Assembly: GCA_046350905.1 (NCBI GenBank) | Contig: JAXLZN010000002.1 | Location: 65,293 to 129,292 of the forward strand | DNA from: Candidatus Anderseniibacteriota bacterium | GTDB lineage: Bacteria; Patescibacteriota; JAUYIX01 | Direction: 5' to 3' | DNA: 64,000 nucleotides | In this document: one piece after another, positions 57,111-64,000 of the stretch | Layout: every line of letters starts with the position of its first letter | How positions within the stretch are numbered: the first letter of the stretch is position 1 | Notes under the pieces: model-generated | Seen by the model: only the letters and a program-made list of their open reading frames with translations | What the model was told of the DNA's origin: nothing | Database searches by the model: none | Program-made: the position numbers and the translations under genes

Positions 57111-57884
57111 CTATTGAGCGCTGTCTGTTTGCGTAGAGGATGGGGCCCAGGTAAATCGAACATTTGCGTCGTAGTAGTCCAGCGAACCGTGGCCGGAGTA
57201 CTCCCACCCTTCCGTCGCTAGGATGCCGCGGGGAGATGGCGTAAGGGTGTGCGAGGGTCCTTCCAAAGAATCATCCAGTCCCAAGCCAATTTTCAGCATA
57301 GCCTTATCGTAGTAGGCATCTAAGAACTTTGGCATGGTGAGTTCGCTCAATCGATAATCACCGATAGGACCCTTCACTGGCCCCGGCTTTTGTTCAAAAT
57401 CGGCAATTGCGCTTTTAAGCTCCTCAGGGGGGTTTCCAGAAAAGATTCGTTCCACGTATTCTTTTGCGAGTTCGGGTAACTTGTCATATCGCCCTTTGAT
57501 TGACGGCTCTCTGGAAACAAGGGCCCAGCTTCGTCTTACGGAGTCGTTGAAATCGTCACGTGAAACAAACTCACCGCCGTAGTATGCCTGCTCACCTTTT
57601 GGAACATGCCTCAACACAAGCTTGGAAAGTCTTTCCGCAGTAAGCGGCGCTCCCTCCTCGTCATGTTGAACCCTGAAAATGAGAACGAGGTCATTCTCCT
57701 TGGCGACATCAATGTCTCTCTTGGAGAAGGGTAATGGAGGAATATCGCGTTCAGGAATCTCGATTTTGAGAAACTCAGAAACTTGCTTAGGCCCGATAAC
57801 ATCCCTCCCGAGTATACTTTCCGCGTATTCCAGGTTGGCCTTTTCGTTCTTGCCTTCTGGATTGATGCTTCCGATTTCGCGCAC
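57111..57884 (-). CDS. hypothetical 257-aa protein, co-oriented 9 nt downstream of TrmB paralog 2
   Basis: Intact ORF with low GC. No family recognised. Confidence 0.55.
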   Translation of the reverse strand: MREIGSINPEGKNEKANLEYAESILGRDVIGPKQVSEFLKIEIPERDIPPLPFSKRDIDVAKENDLVLIFRVQHDEEGAPLTAERLSKLVLRHVPKGEQAYYGGEFVSRDDFNDSVRRSWALVSREPSIKGRYDKLPELAKEYVERIFSGNPPEELKSAIADFEQKPGPVKGPIGDYRLSELTMPKFLDAYYDKAMLKIGLGLDDSLEGPSHTLTPSPRGILATEGWEYSGHGSLDYYDANVRFTWAPSSTQTDSAQ

Positions 57885-57893
57885 GGCTTATTG

Positions 57894-58709
57894 TTAGGTC
57901 TTACTGCTTGAGGATACTCCAGCCCACGCCAGCTCAAAGATCATGACCATCATGTCGTGAATGGTTTTGTCCTCGATGATCGTAGCAGCAAACTGAGGAC
58001 CGCTGAAGTTGATTATCGAGACCTTGTTGATACCATAGACGGTAATGTCGCTCTTATACGGAAAGAGCTTCTGCGGCACGTGCCGGACTTTTGGCCAAAT
58101 CTTCTTTGAGTAGCCTGCGTAGATGGTCTTGCTGTAGTCCACATCGACTTCGGTGTAGGGCAGCACGGCTCGGGCTGTGATCGACAGCTTCTCTTTCCTA
58201 CGGATGTACGTGTGAATGAACTTCTCGGGCAGGAACTTCAGCAGATCCGCAGTGTTCGCAAATGCCAGCATTTCGTAGGGCCCCTTCCCTGATACGTGGT
58301 CCTCGAAGACCTTCAGGACGCCCTCTTTACCCTCAAAGAACCTGACAATCGGCTTGTTAGCGGCGTGCGAGTAGAGCCCCTCCAGCGTAGGGAGGAGAGC
58401 CTGCATGCTCTCGAGGTCTCGCTTGGCGAGGGTGATACGAGACTGCGCATGCCGTTCTAGGCTCTTGGGGTTCTCAACCTGGTAGAAGAGCTTGTTGCGC
58501 TTCTCAAGCTCAGAAACGAGTCCTTTGACGGCCAGGTTCTCCAGCACTTTGTAGGTAGTGCTGCGGTTGAGCTTGGTGAGTTCCGCAACCTTGGATGGGT
58601 AGGCCCCACCTGCTTGGAGGAGGGCAGCGTAGACAGCAGCCTCCTTTCCAGCCAGCCCGGCTTTCCTGAGCTGTTTTTGGATGTTGCTGTCTTCAGTAGC
58701 CATCTGCAA
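57894..58709 (-). CDS. TrmB-family transcriptional regulator (paralog 2)
   Basis: 271-aa ORF with a wHTH (AGLAGKEAAVYAALLQAGGAYPSKVAELTKLNRSTTYKVLENLAVKGLV) and a C-terminal domain colinear with 49186..49974. Confidence 0.8.
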   Translation of the reverse strand: MQMATEDSNIQKQLRKAGLAGKEAAVYAALLQAGGAYPSKVAELTKLNRSTTYKVLENLAVKGLVSELEKRNKLFYQVENPKSLERHAQSRITLAKRDLESMQALLPTLEGLYSHAANKPIVRFFEGKEGVLKVFEDHVSGKGPYEMLAFANTADLLKFLPEKFIHTYIRRKEKLSITARAVLPYTEVDVDYSKTIYAGYSKKIWPKVRHVPQKLFPYKSDITVYGINKVSIINFSGPQFAATIIEDKTIHDMMVMIFELAWAGVSSSSKT

Positions 58710-58780
58710 ACCAGTCTACGCTGTATTACCAATTTTGTCAATTCTAACGAACAAAATGAAAGTAGAATGAAATATTTGTT

Positions 58781-58836
58781 TAAATAAAGCCATAAACAGC
58801 AAATAGATTGGCATTGTAGAAGCACAAAATATGAAT
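58781..58836 (+). promoter_or_regulatory. shared operator-like block plus candidate promoter (cassette 2)
   Basis: TAAATAAAG-N11-AAATAG-ATTGGCA (58781-58813). TTGGCA (58808-13), 17-nt spacer, ATGAAT (58831-36). A 5'-UTR hairpin GTTTCC/GGAAAC lies at 58855-70. GACAAAGGAGA lies at 58880-90. Confidence 0.5.
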
Positions 58837-58899
58837 TCCGAGCTACAAAGATCTGTTTCCAAAGGGAAACAAATTCATTGACAAAGGAGATAGAACGCC

Positions 58900-60519
58900 A
58901 TGGCTAAGCCCAAGGTGCTGTTCGTCAAGGCCGCGCAGGAGAGCGATGCTACCTGGGACCCGATCCGGATGAGCCCTAACCAGGGCCTCTGGTACCTGGC
59001 CTCGGAGCTGCGCGAGCAGGGCTACTACGTGCGTCTCATCGATGAGACCACGCGCCACGGCGGACTCCACAAGCACTCCATGGTGCACCGCACGATCAAG
59101 CTGGCCACCAAGGCTGGCGAGGTCGACGAGGTGTACGAGGTGCCTGTGGTGACGCCGTTCGCCGATCATATCCGGAGCAAGATGGAAGACTTCGAGCGGC
59201 TCTCCCCTGGAGAGTTCGTCGAGAAGCACTCCGCCTTCCGGATTCCCGGCGAGATCAACCGCACGGTCGTCCGGACCGGCAACCCCATCGAGCACACGCT
59301 CGAGGACATCGAGCGGGAGCTGGCCAGCGGAGACGCGGTGATCGTGGGCATTCCGTTGCCTGCCACCTCGAACTACGTTTCGGCCACTCGGCTCGGCAAG
59401 GCCATCAAGGACACCTTCGGCCAGCACGTGAAGGTGATCTACGGTGGGCAGCACATCACGGCGATGCCGGGGCAGTTCCTCAAGGACAACCCCTGGGTCG
59501 ACGTGGCCGTGTGCGGGGATGCCGTGACGACGATCGAGCGGGCGCTCCAGTGCGCGCTCGATGGGACCACCAAGGTCGTCTGGAGGATGTGCGGGGATAA
59601 GACGGCGAGGCAGGAGGACATTTCCTGCTACCCGCTGCTCGACCCCACGCTCCTCGAGGAGAACGAGTACCCGACGCGCCCCAACCATACGTTCGATACG
59701 GATGGGCGCAGGTGGGTGGACTTCATGACCTCCAAGGGTTGCGGGCTGAGCTGCGAGTTCTGCGGCGTCAGCGGCATTCCCAAGGAGGAGAAGAAGTACT
59801 CGGCGATTCCGCTCGATAAGCTCGAGCAGCAGCTCTTGCTGTTCAAGCGGGCGGACATCTCCGAGCTCGTGATCCAGGACGACGCGGTCCTGTCGAACAA
59901 GCTTCTCCCGGGGGCAGTCGCGCTCTTCAAAAAGCACGGCTTCTCCTGGCAGAACAACGGCGGCATCGAGTACGAGAGGATCGACGATGCAACCGTGGAG
60001 CAGTGGAGCGCGTACAACCGCTCGGGCGAGGGTCGCACCACCGCGCTCTACGTGCCCTTCAATCCACGCGAGTGGAACGAGGGGCAGAGCGCTGGCGTGA
60101 CCCAGACCCAGCGGCGGCCCCACGTGGTCGAGCTCCTCAAGAAGCTGCGCGAGTCTGGCTGCTACGTGTTCTCTTCGGAGATCATCGGGCAACCGACCGA
60201 GCGGCGCGAGGAGTCCGGGCGCGATACGGCCCGGTACATCGACCTGGTGCGTGAGGGCTACATCGATCAGGCCCTCACGTTTTCCGCCACAGTCCTGCCG
60301 GGCACCAAGTGGTCATGGAAGCACGGCGCCCTCGTGGTCAGTAGCATTGACTACGTCGGGTACAGCCTGTTCACCACGCACCACCGCACCTACTGCATCT
60401 CCGACCCGCGCGAGATCGAGCGCTGGGTGGTTGAGCGGAACAAGACGCTCAACGAGGTGCAGCGCTCCTACGCCTGGGGCACGGCGTTTCCAAACGTCGG
60501 GCCGCAGGTGGGTGAGTGA
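58900..60519 (+). CDS. B12-binding-domain radical SAM enzyme (class B-like)
   Basis: Intact 539-aa ORF. N-terminal Rossmann-like cobalamin-binding-type region (VLFVKAA...GLWYLASELREQGYYVRLID..., ..VIVGIPL..., VIYGGQHITAMP). Radical SAM CxxxCxxC (GCGLSCEFCG, 59740-59763). Confidence 0.8.
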   Translation: MAKPKVLFVKAAQESDATWDPIRMSPNQGLWYLASELREQGYYVRLIDETTRHGGLHKHSMVHRTIKLATKAGEVDEVYEVPVVTPFADHIRSKMEDFERLSPGEFVEKHSAFRIPGEINRTVVRTGNPIEHTLEDIERELASGDAVIVGIPLPATSNYVSATRLGKAIKDTFGQHVKVIYGGQHITAMPGQFLKDNPWVDVAVCGDAVTTIERALQCALDGTTKVVWRMCGDKTARQEDISCYPLLDPTLLEENEYPTRPNHTFDTDGRRWVDFMTSKGCGLSCEFCGVSGIPKEEKKYSAIPLDKLEQQLLLFKRADISELVIQDDAVLSNKLLPGAVALFKKHGFSWQNNGGIEYERIDDATVEQWSAYNRSGEGRTTALYVPFNPREWNEGQSAGVTQTQRRPHVVELLKKLRESGCYVFSSEIIGQPTERREESGRDTARYIDLVREGYIDQALTFSATVLPGTKWSWKHGALVVSSIDYVGYSLFTTHHRTYCISDPREIERWVVERNKTLNEVQRSYAWGTAFPNVGPQVGE

Positions 60520-60549
60520 CGTGCCACCGAGGATGTCGCATCAGCGACC

Positions 60550-60643
60550 GCAACGCAGCTGCGCAGCGCTGCGACATGGCCAACTCATTGATTAGTTGGC
60601 CCTCCGTCAGAGCCGCTCTTCTCGGCGGTTCTGACGGGGAAAC
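60550..60643 (+). promoter_or_regulatory. conserved three-hairpin RNA element, copy B
   Basis: P1 at 60554-59/60568-73, P2 at 60578-84/60595-601, P3 at 60604-16/60625-37, ending GGGGAAAC. Lies between the radical SAM stop and the 106-aa ORF. Confidence 0.6.
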
Positions 60644-60673
60644 CCGATCGTACATTAGAGAGGAGAAACCAAA

Positions 60674-60994
60674 ATGAACTCTGCCGAAAAGTTCGTGCGT
60701 TTGTCCGAGGCCAATTTGATCACCGAGTGCACCCAGATCAAGACCTCGTTCCACGACCTCAAGCGGCTGACCATCAACACGGTCGGCATGATGCGTATCC
60801 AGTTCCAGGGCGACGTGCCCCGGATGCGCACGCAGAACTGGGATGGTAGCTACGACGTGGACATCTACTCCGATAGCGTCGTGACCATTCACGACCAGCA
60901 CGGAGTCCACTGCTACGTCGTGACCTGGTCCAAGCGGAGCGACAAGCTGCCGACCACGCACATCCTGCCGCGCCTCCCGGAGGTCGAGGACTAG
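60674..60994 (+). CDS. hypothetical 106-aa protein (last cistron of cassette 2)
   Basis: ATG lies 8 nt after GAGAGGAGAAA. MNSAEKFVRLSEANLITECTQIKTSFHDL... No family recognised. Confidence 0.6.
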   Translation: MNSAEKFVRLSEANLITECTQIKTSFHDLKRLTINTVGMMRIQFQGDVPRMRTQNWDGSYDVDIYSDSVVTIHDQHGVHCYVVTWSKRSDKLPTTHILPRLPEVED

Positions 60995-61001
60995 CGGCAC
61001 T

Positions 61002-61033
61002 AAGGGCGCCCGGAAAGATTTCCGTGCGCCCTT
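61002..61033 (+). terminator. terminator hairpin after cassette 2
   Basis: AAGGGCGC...GCGCCCTT with an inner CGGAA/TTCCG stem, followed by TAATGTT. Confidence 0.55.
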
Positions 61034-61166
61034 TAATGTTGAGTTCGCAACCTGAGAATGTGACTTGACTATTTGGCGCAGCCGGCTACACTGCGGTCAA
61101 AGGTTCCCGCCTGATGACAAGAGCTCCTGGGCTCTCCCGCAAGGGTAGTCGGGCGGGTCATTCGTA

Positions 61167-61799
61167 TTAACTGACTTCCAGAGCGTCGATAGGTACGTTG
61201 CCCAACGCTCGCATCGGCCGTTCTTCTCCACGCGACAAACTGACATATCGTGCCCATGACACATAATCGGCGATCTGGCCGTTGAGATCGGCCATCGTAC
61301 TGTGGAAGAACACGTGAAACGGTTTTCCTGTCGTTTTCAAGACCGGCTTAATCGCTTTCAACAATGCACGTTGCTCTTTCCGGATAAGCGTCTTGTCGAA
61401 GATAACCACTATTCTTTTTAGCGGTGTCGTTGACCAAATCTGTAGCGTTCGAGTAAGCAGTGCACGGCCAAATCGAGCATACATAGACACGGGGTCCCGC
61501 AAATTAGTGGGGAGCAGCCGTTTCTGAGCGTGCGCAACGCAGCACCTAATTCCGTGTGTACTGTTGATAGTGGAGAAGACTTGATCGCGCACTAATTGCG
61601 CATCTGGTGCGGCATGAAAAAAGGGAACGTCGATGCCACGCGACAGAAGCCAGTACCGCAGCTGTAGCAACGGACGCGCCGATGCGATGGGCTGCATGGT
61701 CGACATAGATCCCATCACAAAGTACTTGGTGCCAAGCTCAGAAAAATCGAAGTTGCCAGACTCGTCAATGAAAACGAATAACGTGCCTTGTGTGTTCAC
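61167..61799 (-). CDS. DUF3800-family protein
   Basis: 210-aa ORF with low GC. N-terminal LFVFIDESGNFDF matches the DUF3800 IDESG signature. Confidence 0.65.
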   Translation of the reverse strand: MNTQGTLFVFIDESGNFDFSELGTKYFVMGSMSTMQPIASARPLLQLRYWLLSRGIDVPFFHAAPDAQLVRDQVFSTINSTHGIRCCVAHAQKRLLPTNLRDPVSMYARFGRALLTRTLQIWSTTPLKRIVVIFDKTLIRKEQRALLKAIKPVLKTTGKPFHVFFHSTMADLNGQIADYVSWARYVSLSRGEERPMRALGNVPIDALEVS

Positions 61800-61885
61800 C
61801 GGTAGAGGCTACTGAATCCGACCTTACGAGAAGTTAAAGTCTAGAGTTTGTTCGTACAGAAAGAACGCGCTAGCCTCTGGCGGGC

Positions 61886-63190
61886 ATGGATGTAAAGGTC
61901 CACAAGCTACCCACGTCGACCGTCGAGCTGATGGTCGAAGCCAGCCCTGACGAGCTGAAGGCACACGAGGATCGCGCGCTGCGGTCGCTCGCCAGCAAGC
62001 TGCAGCTGCCGGGATTCCGTCCGGGCAAGGTGCCGCTCAGCTTGGCCCGCAAGCACCTCGACCCGGCCAAGCTGCTGGCCGCGGTGGTCGACCTGGCCGT
62101 CCCGCAGCTCTACGCCAAGGCTGTCATCGACAACAAGCTCGAGACGATCGGCCCGCCGCAGATTCAGATTCTGAAAATCGCGCCGGGTAACCCGCTGGTC
62201 TTCCGTGCCACGGCCGCGATTCTGCCCGAGTTCAAGCTGCCGGACTACCGTAAGGTGCGCGTCGAACAAAAAAAGGCCGAGGTCACCGACGACCAGGTCG
62301 AACGCCTGATTCGTGACCTGCGCCGCGACCGTGCCAACGAAAAAACGGTCGACCGCGCCGCTGCCAAGGGCGACGTGGCCGTGATCGACTTTGACATCAC
62401 CCAGAACAAGGTCCCGATCGAACGCGGCCAGGGCCGCGAGCAGCCGCTCCTCATCGGCGACGAAGCTTTTGTGCCCGGTTTTGAAGACAACCTGATTGGC
62501 CTCAAGGCTGGCGACGAGAAAGACTTCTCTCTCAAGTTCCCGGACGACTACGGCGCCAAGGTCTTAGCTGGCAAAATCGCCGAGGTGCACGTCAAGGTGC
62601 GCAAGGTCAACGAGCGCATCCAACCAGAACTCGACGATGCCTTTGCCAAGCAGGTCGGACAGTTCGCCTCGATGACAGATCTAAGGACGCAGCTCAAGAA
62701 GAACATGCAACTGGACGCCGAGGCGCGCGAACAGGAGCGCTACGAGGGCGAGGTGCTCAAGAAGTTGGCCGGGCAGACTACCGTGGAGGTACCGGACCCG
62801 CTGCTGCAGGGCGAGCTCGACAAAATGGCGCGCGAACTCGAGGGCAGCCTGGCCCGTCAGGGCGCCAACCTGCAGGACTACTTGACCAGCATTAAGAAAA
62901 GCTTAGACGAGCTCAAGAAAGGCTGGGTCGAGCAGGCCAAGCAGCGCATCGTGATCGGCCTGCTGCTCCGAGCCATCGCCAAAGAAGAGGAGATCAAGGT
63001 CGAGGACAGCGAGGTGCAAGACGAGGTCAACGCCACGCTCAAACAGAACCCCGGCAACGTCGAGGTTGAGAAAACGGTGCGCGGCAAGCCCTACCAAGAC
63101 TACGTGCGGGAGATTGTTCGCAACAGAAAGACGATCGAGCTACTATCCTCGCTAGCGCAAGGCAAGACACCGGCCGACTCACCGCGGTAG
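61886..63190 (+). CDS. tig: trigger factor
   Basis: 434-aa ORF. N-terminal ..LPGFRPGKVP ribosome-binding signature, central FKBP-like region, C-terminal helical arms. Confidence 0.9.
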   Translation: MDVKVHKLPTSTVELMVEASPDELKAHEDRALRSLASKLQLPGFRPGKVPLSLARKHLDPAKLLAAVVDLAVPQLYAKAVIDNKLETIGPPQIQILKIAPGNPLVFRATAAILPEFKLPDYRKVRVEQKKAEVTDDQVERLIRDLRRDRANEKTVDRAAAKGDVAVIDFDITQNKVPIERGQGREQPLLIGDEAFVPGFEDNLIGLKAGDEKDFSLKFPDDYGAKVLAGKIAEVHVKVRKVNERIQPELDDAFAKQVGQFASMTDLRTQLKKNMQLDAEAREQERYEGEVLKKLAGQTTVEVPDPLLQGELDKMARELEGSLARQGANLQDYLTSIKKSLDELKKGWVEQAKQRIVIGLLLRAIAKEEEIKVEDSEVQDEVNATLKQNPGNVEVEKTVRGKPYQDYVREIVRNRKTIELLSSLAQGKTPADSPR

Positions 63191-63214
63191 TAGCCAGCGT
63201 CCGTAACCAAACTC

Positions 63215-63775
63215 ATGGCAAAGCTCGTCAAAGAGATCATGACTACCGAGGTCGTCAGCGTGCAGCCAGGCACGACGATCGCGAAGTTGGCAGCCGCAAT
63301 GGTGGACCACAACCTGACCGGCGTGCCGGTCGTGCGCAAGGGCGCTGTAGTTGGCATGGTCACCGACAGCGACCTGGTCGCGCAGAAGTCCAACATCCAC
63401 GCGCCCCAGTTTTTGTCGGCGCTGCACTCGTTCATCATGCTGCGCTCGAGCAAGTCGGTCGAGGAGGAGATCAAGAAGCTGCTTGGCAGCAAAGCTGAGG
63501 ACATCATGACTTCGCCGATCGTGAGCGTGCGGTCGGGGGAGACGATCGCCAAGCTCGCCACGCTGATGGTCGAGACCAAGGCCAACCCCATCCCCGTCGT
63601 CGACAACGGTGCGCTCGTCGGCATCGTCAGCCGCCACGACCTGCTCAAGCTCATCGCCGACGAGGCCACCGCCAAGCCTGCACCGACCCCCGCACCCGGG
63701 AGCGAACCCGCCGCCGGACCCAGCAAGCCGGGCCCGAGCAAGCCGCAGGCTAAGCCCGCCAAGCCTAGCAAGTAG
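63215..63775 (+). CDS. CBS-pair domain protein with Pro/Ala/Lys-rich tail
   Basis: Two CBS repeats (IMTTEVVSVQPGTTIAKLAAAMVDHNLTGVPVV..; IMTSPIVSVRSGETIAKLATLMVETKANPIPVV..). Tail AKPAPTPAPGSEPAAGPSKPGPSKPQAKPAKPSK. Confidence 0.85.
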   Translation: MAKLVKEIMTTEVVSVQPGTTIAKLAAAMVDHNLTGVPVVRKGAVVGMVTDSDLVAQKSNIHAPQFLSALHSFIMLRSSKSVEEEIKKLLGSKAEDIMTSPIVSVRSGETIAKLATLMVETKANPIPVVDNGALVGIVSRHDLLKLIADEATAKPAPTPAPGSEPAAGPSKPGPSKPQAKPAKPSK

Positions 63776-63779
63776 GCGC

Positions 63780-64000
63780 GTGGTTAAGCTGCGCACGACA
63801 GTTCCGTCTGCTGCCGCCGCCAAGCGTGGCGCAGTGCGGCCGCGCATTGCTGCCCACCACGTCGGCATTGGTGCGCACGTTTCGATCGCGGGCGGCTACT
63901 GCCAGGCTTTGGACCGTGCCCACGAAGCCGGCCTCGACGCCATGCAGATTTTTACGTCCTCGCCCCGCAGTAAAGCGCGCCGCGAGATCAAGAAAGAAGA
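63780..64000 (+). CDS. nfo: deoxyribonuclease IV (endonuclease IV), 5' partial; start uncertain
   Basis: The open frame to the window end reads ..HVGIGAHVSIAGGYCQALDRAHEAGLDAMQIFTSSPR.., matching the Nfo N-terminal pattern (GAHVSxAGG...QIFTKSP). Confidence 0.65.
   Translation, partial: MVKLRTTVPSAAAAKRGAVRPRIAAHHVGIGAHVSIAGGYCQALDRAHEAGLDAMQIFTSSPRSKARREIKKE

Overview
This is a 64-kb, high-GC (roughly 60-65% by eye) bacterial chromosome segment. It has hallmarks of a reduced-genome, CPR/Patescibacteria-like organism.

**rRNA and tRNAs**
- A 16S rRNA gene (minus strand, ~1808-4172) is split by an ~0.9-kb intervening sequence that encodes a double-motif LAGLIDADG homing endonuclease.
- No 23S gene follows the 16S.
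- I could fold seven tRNAs by hand: Ile-GAU, Val-CAC, Ala-CGC, Pro-GGG, Ala-GGC, Pro-CGG and Arg-CCU.

**Housekeeping genes**
- rpsP, a KH-domain protein, trmD, trxB-like, smc, rnc, nusB, rpmF and gyrA.
- cdaA-cdaR with an adjacent DHH phosphoesterase, then rbfA-infB.
- rnhB, yraN, pyrG, nusA, hppA, tig, a CBS-pair protein and the 5' end of nfo.

**Envelope and other genes**
- Envelope genes: a 954-aa surface protein with three CWB2 repeats, an M23 peptidase with FG-GAP repeats, an O-antigen-ligase-like protein, bactofilin and a lipoprotein.
- Other genes: an ABC permease/ATPase pair, a rhodanese, a MutY-like glycosylase with no Fe-S cysteines, and a PAS-GAF protein.

**Broken reading frames**
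- Many conserved genes in ~0.1-23 kb and ~38.9-41 kb are broken by single-nucleotide frame changes.
- At the four sites I traced (three homopolymer runs and one GC repeat) a 1-nt change restores the family motif.
- Long neighbouring genes (gyrA, infB, the 954-aa ORF) are intact.
- I read this as patchy assembly or polishing error, not pseudogenisation. Coordinates of the broken genes are approximate.

**Most interesting region (~48.3-61.9 kb, between hppA and tig)**
- A perfect 33-nt copy of the hppA 3' end recurs 8.7 kb downstream, next to what looks like the original hppA terminator. This is an att-like scar with no recognisable integrase.
- Two paralogous TrmB-type regulators sit on either side of that repeat.
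- Each faces an AT-rich promoter region containing a shared sequence block.
- Each also drives a cassette carrying a copy of the same ~100-nt three-hairpin RNA element.
- Cassette 1 encodes a 79-aa ORF, an atypical 2-hydroxyacid dehydrogenase, a class I methyltransferase, tpiA and a degenerate SDR.
- Cassette 2 encodes a B12-binding radical SAM enzyme and a 106-aa ORF.
- I propose this as a candidate uncharacterised, co-regulated modification or metabolic system.

**Limits**
All family calls come from motif recognition by eye. No database search, RNA folding program or covariance model was run.
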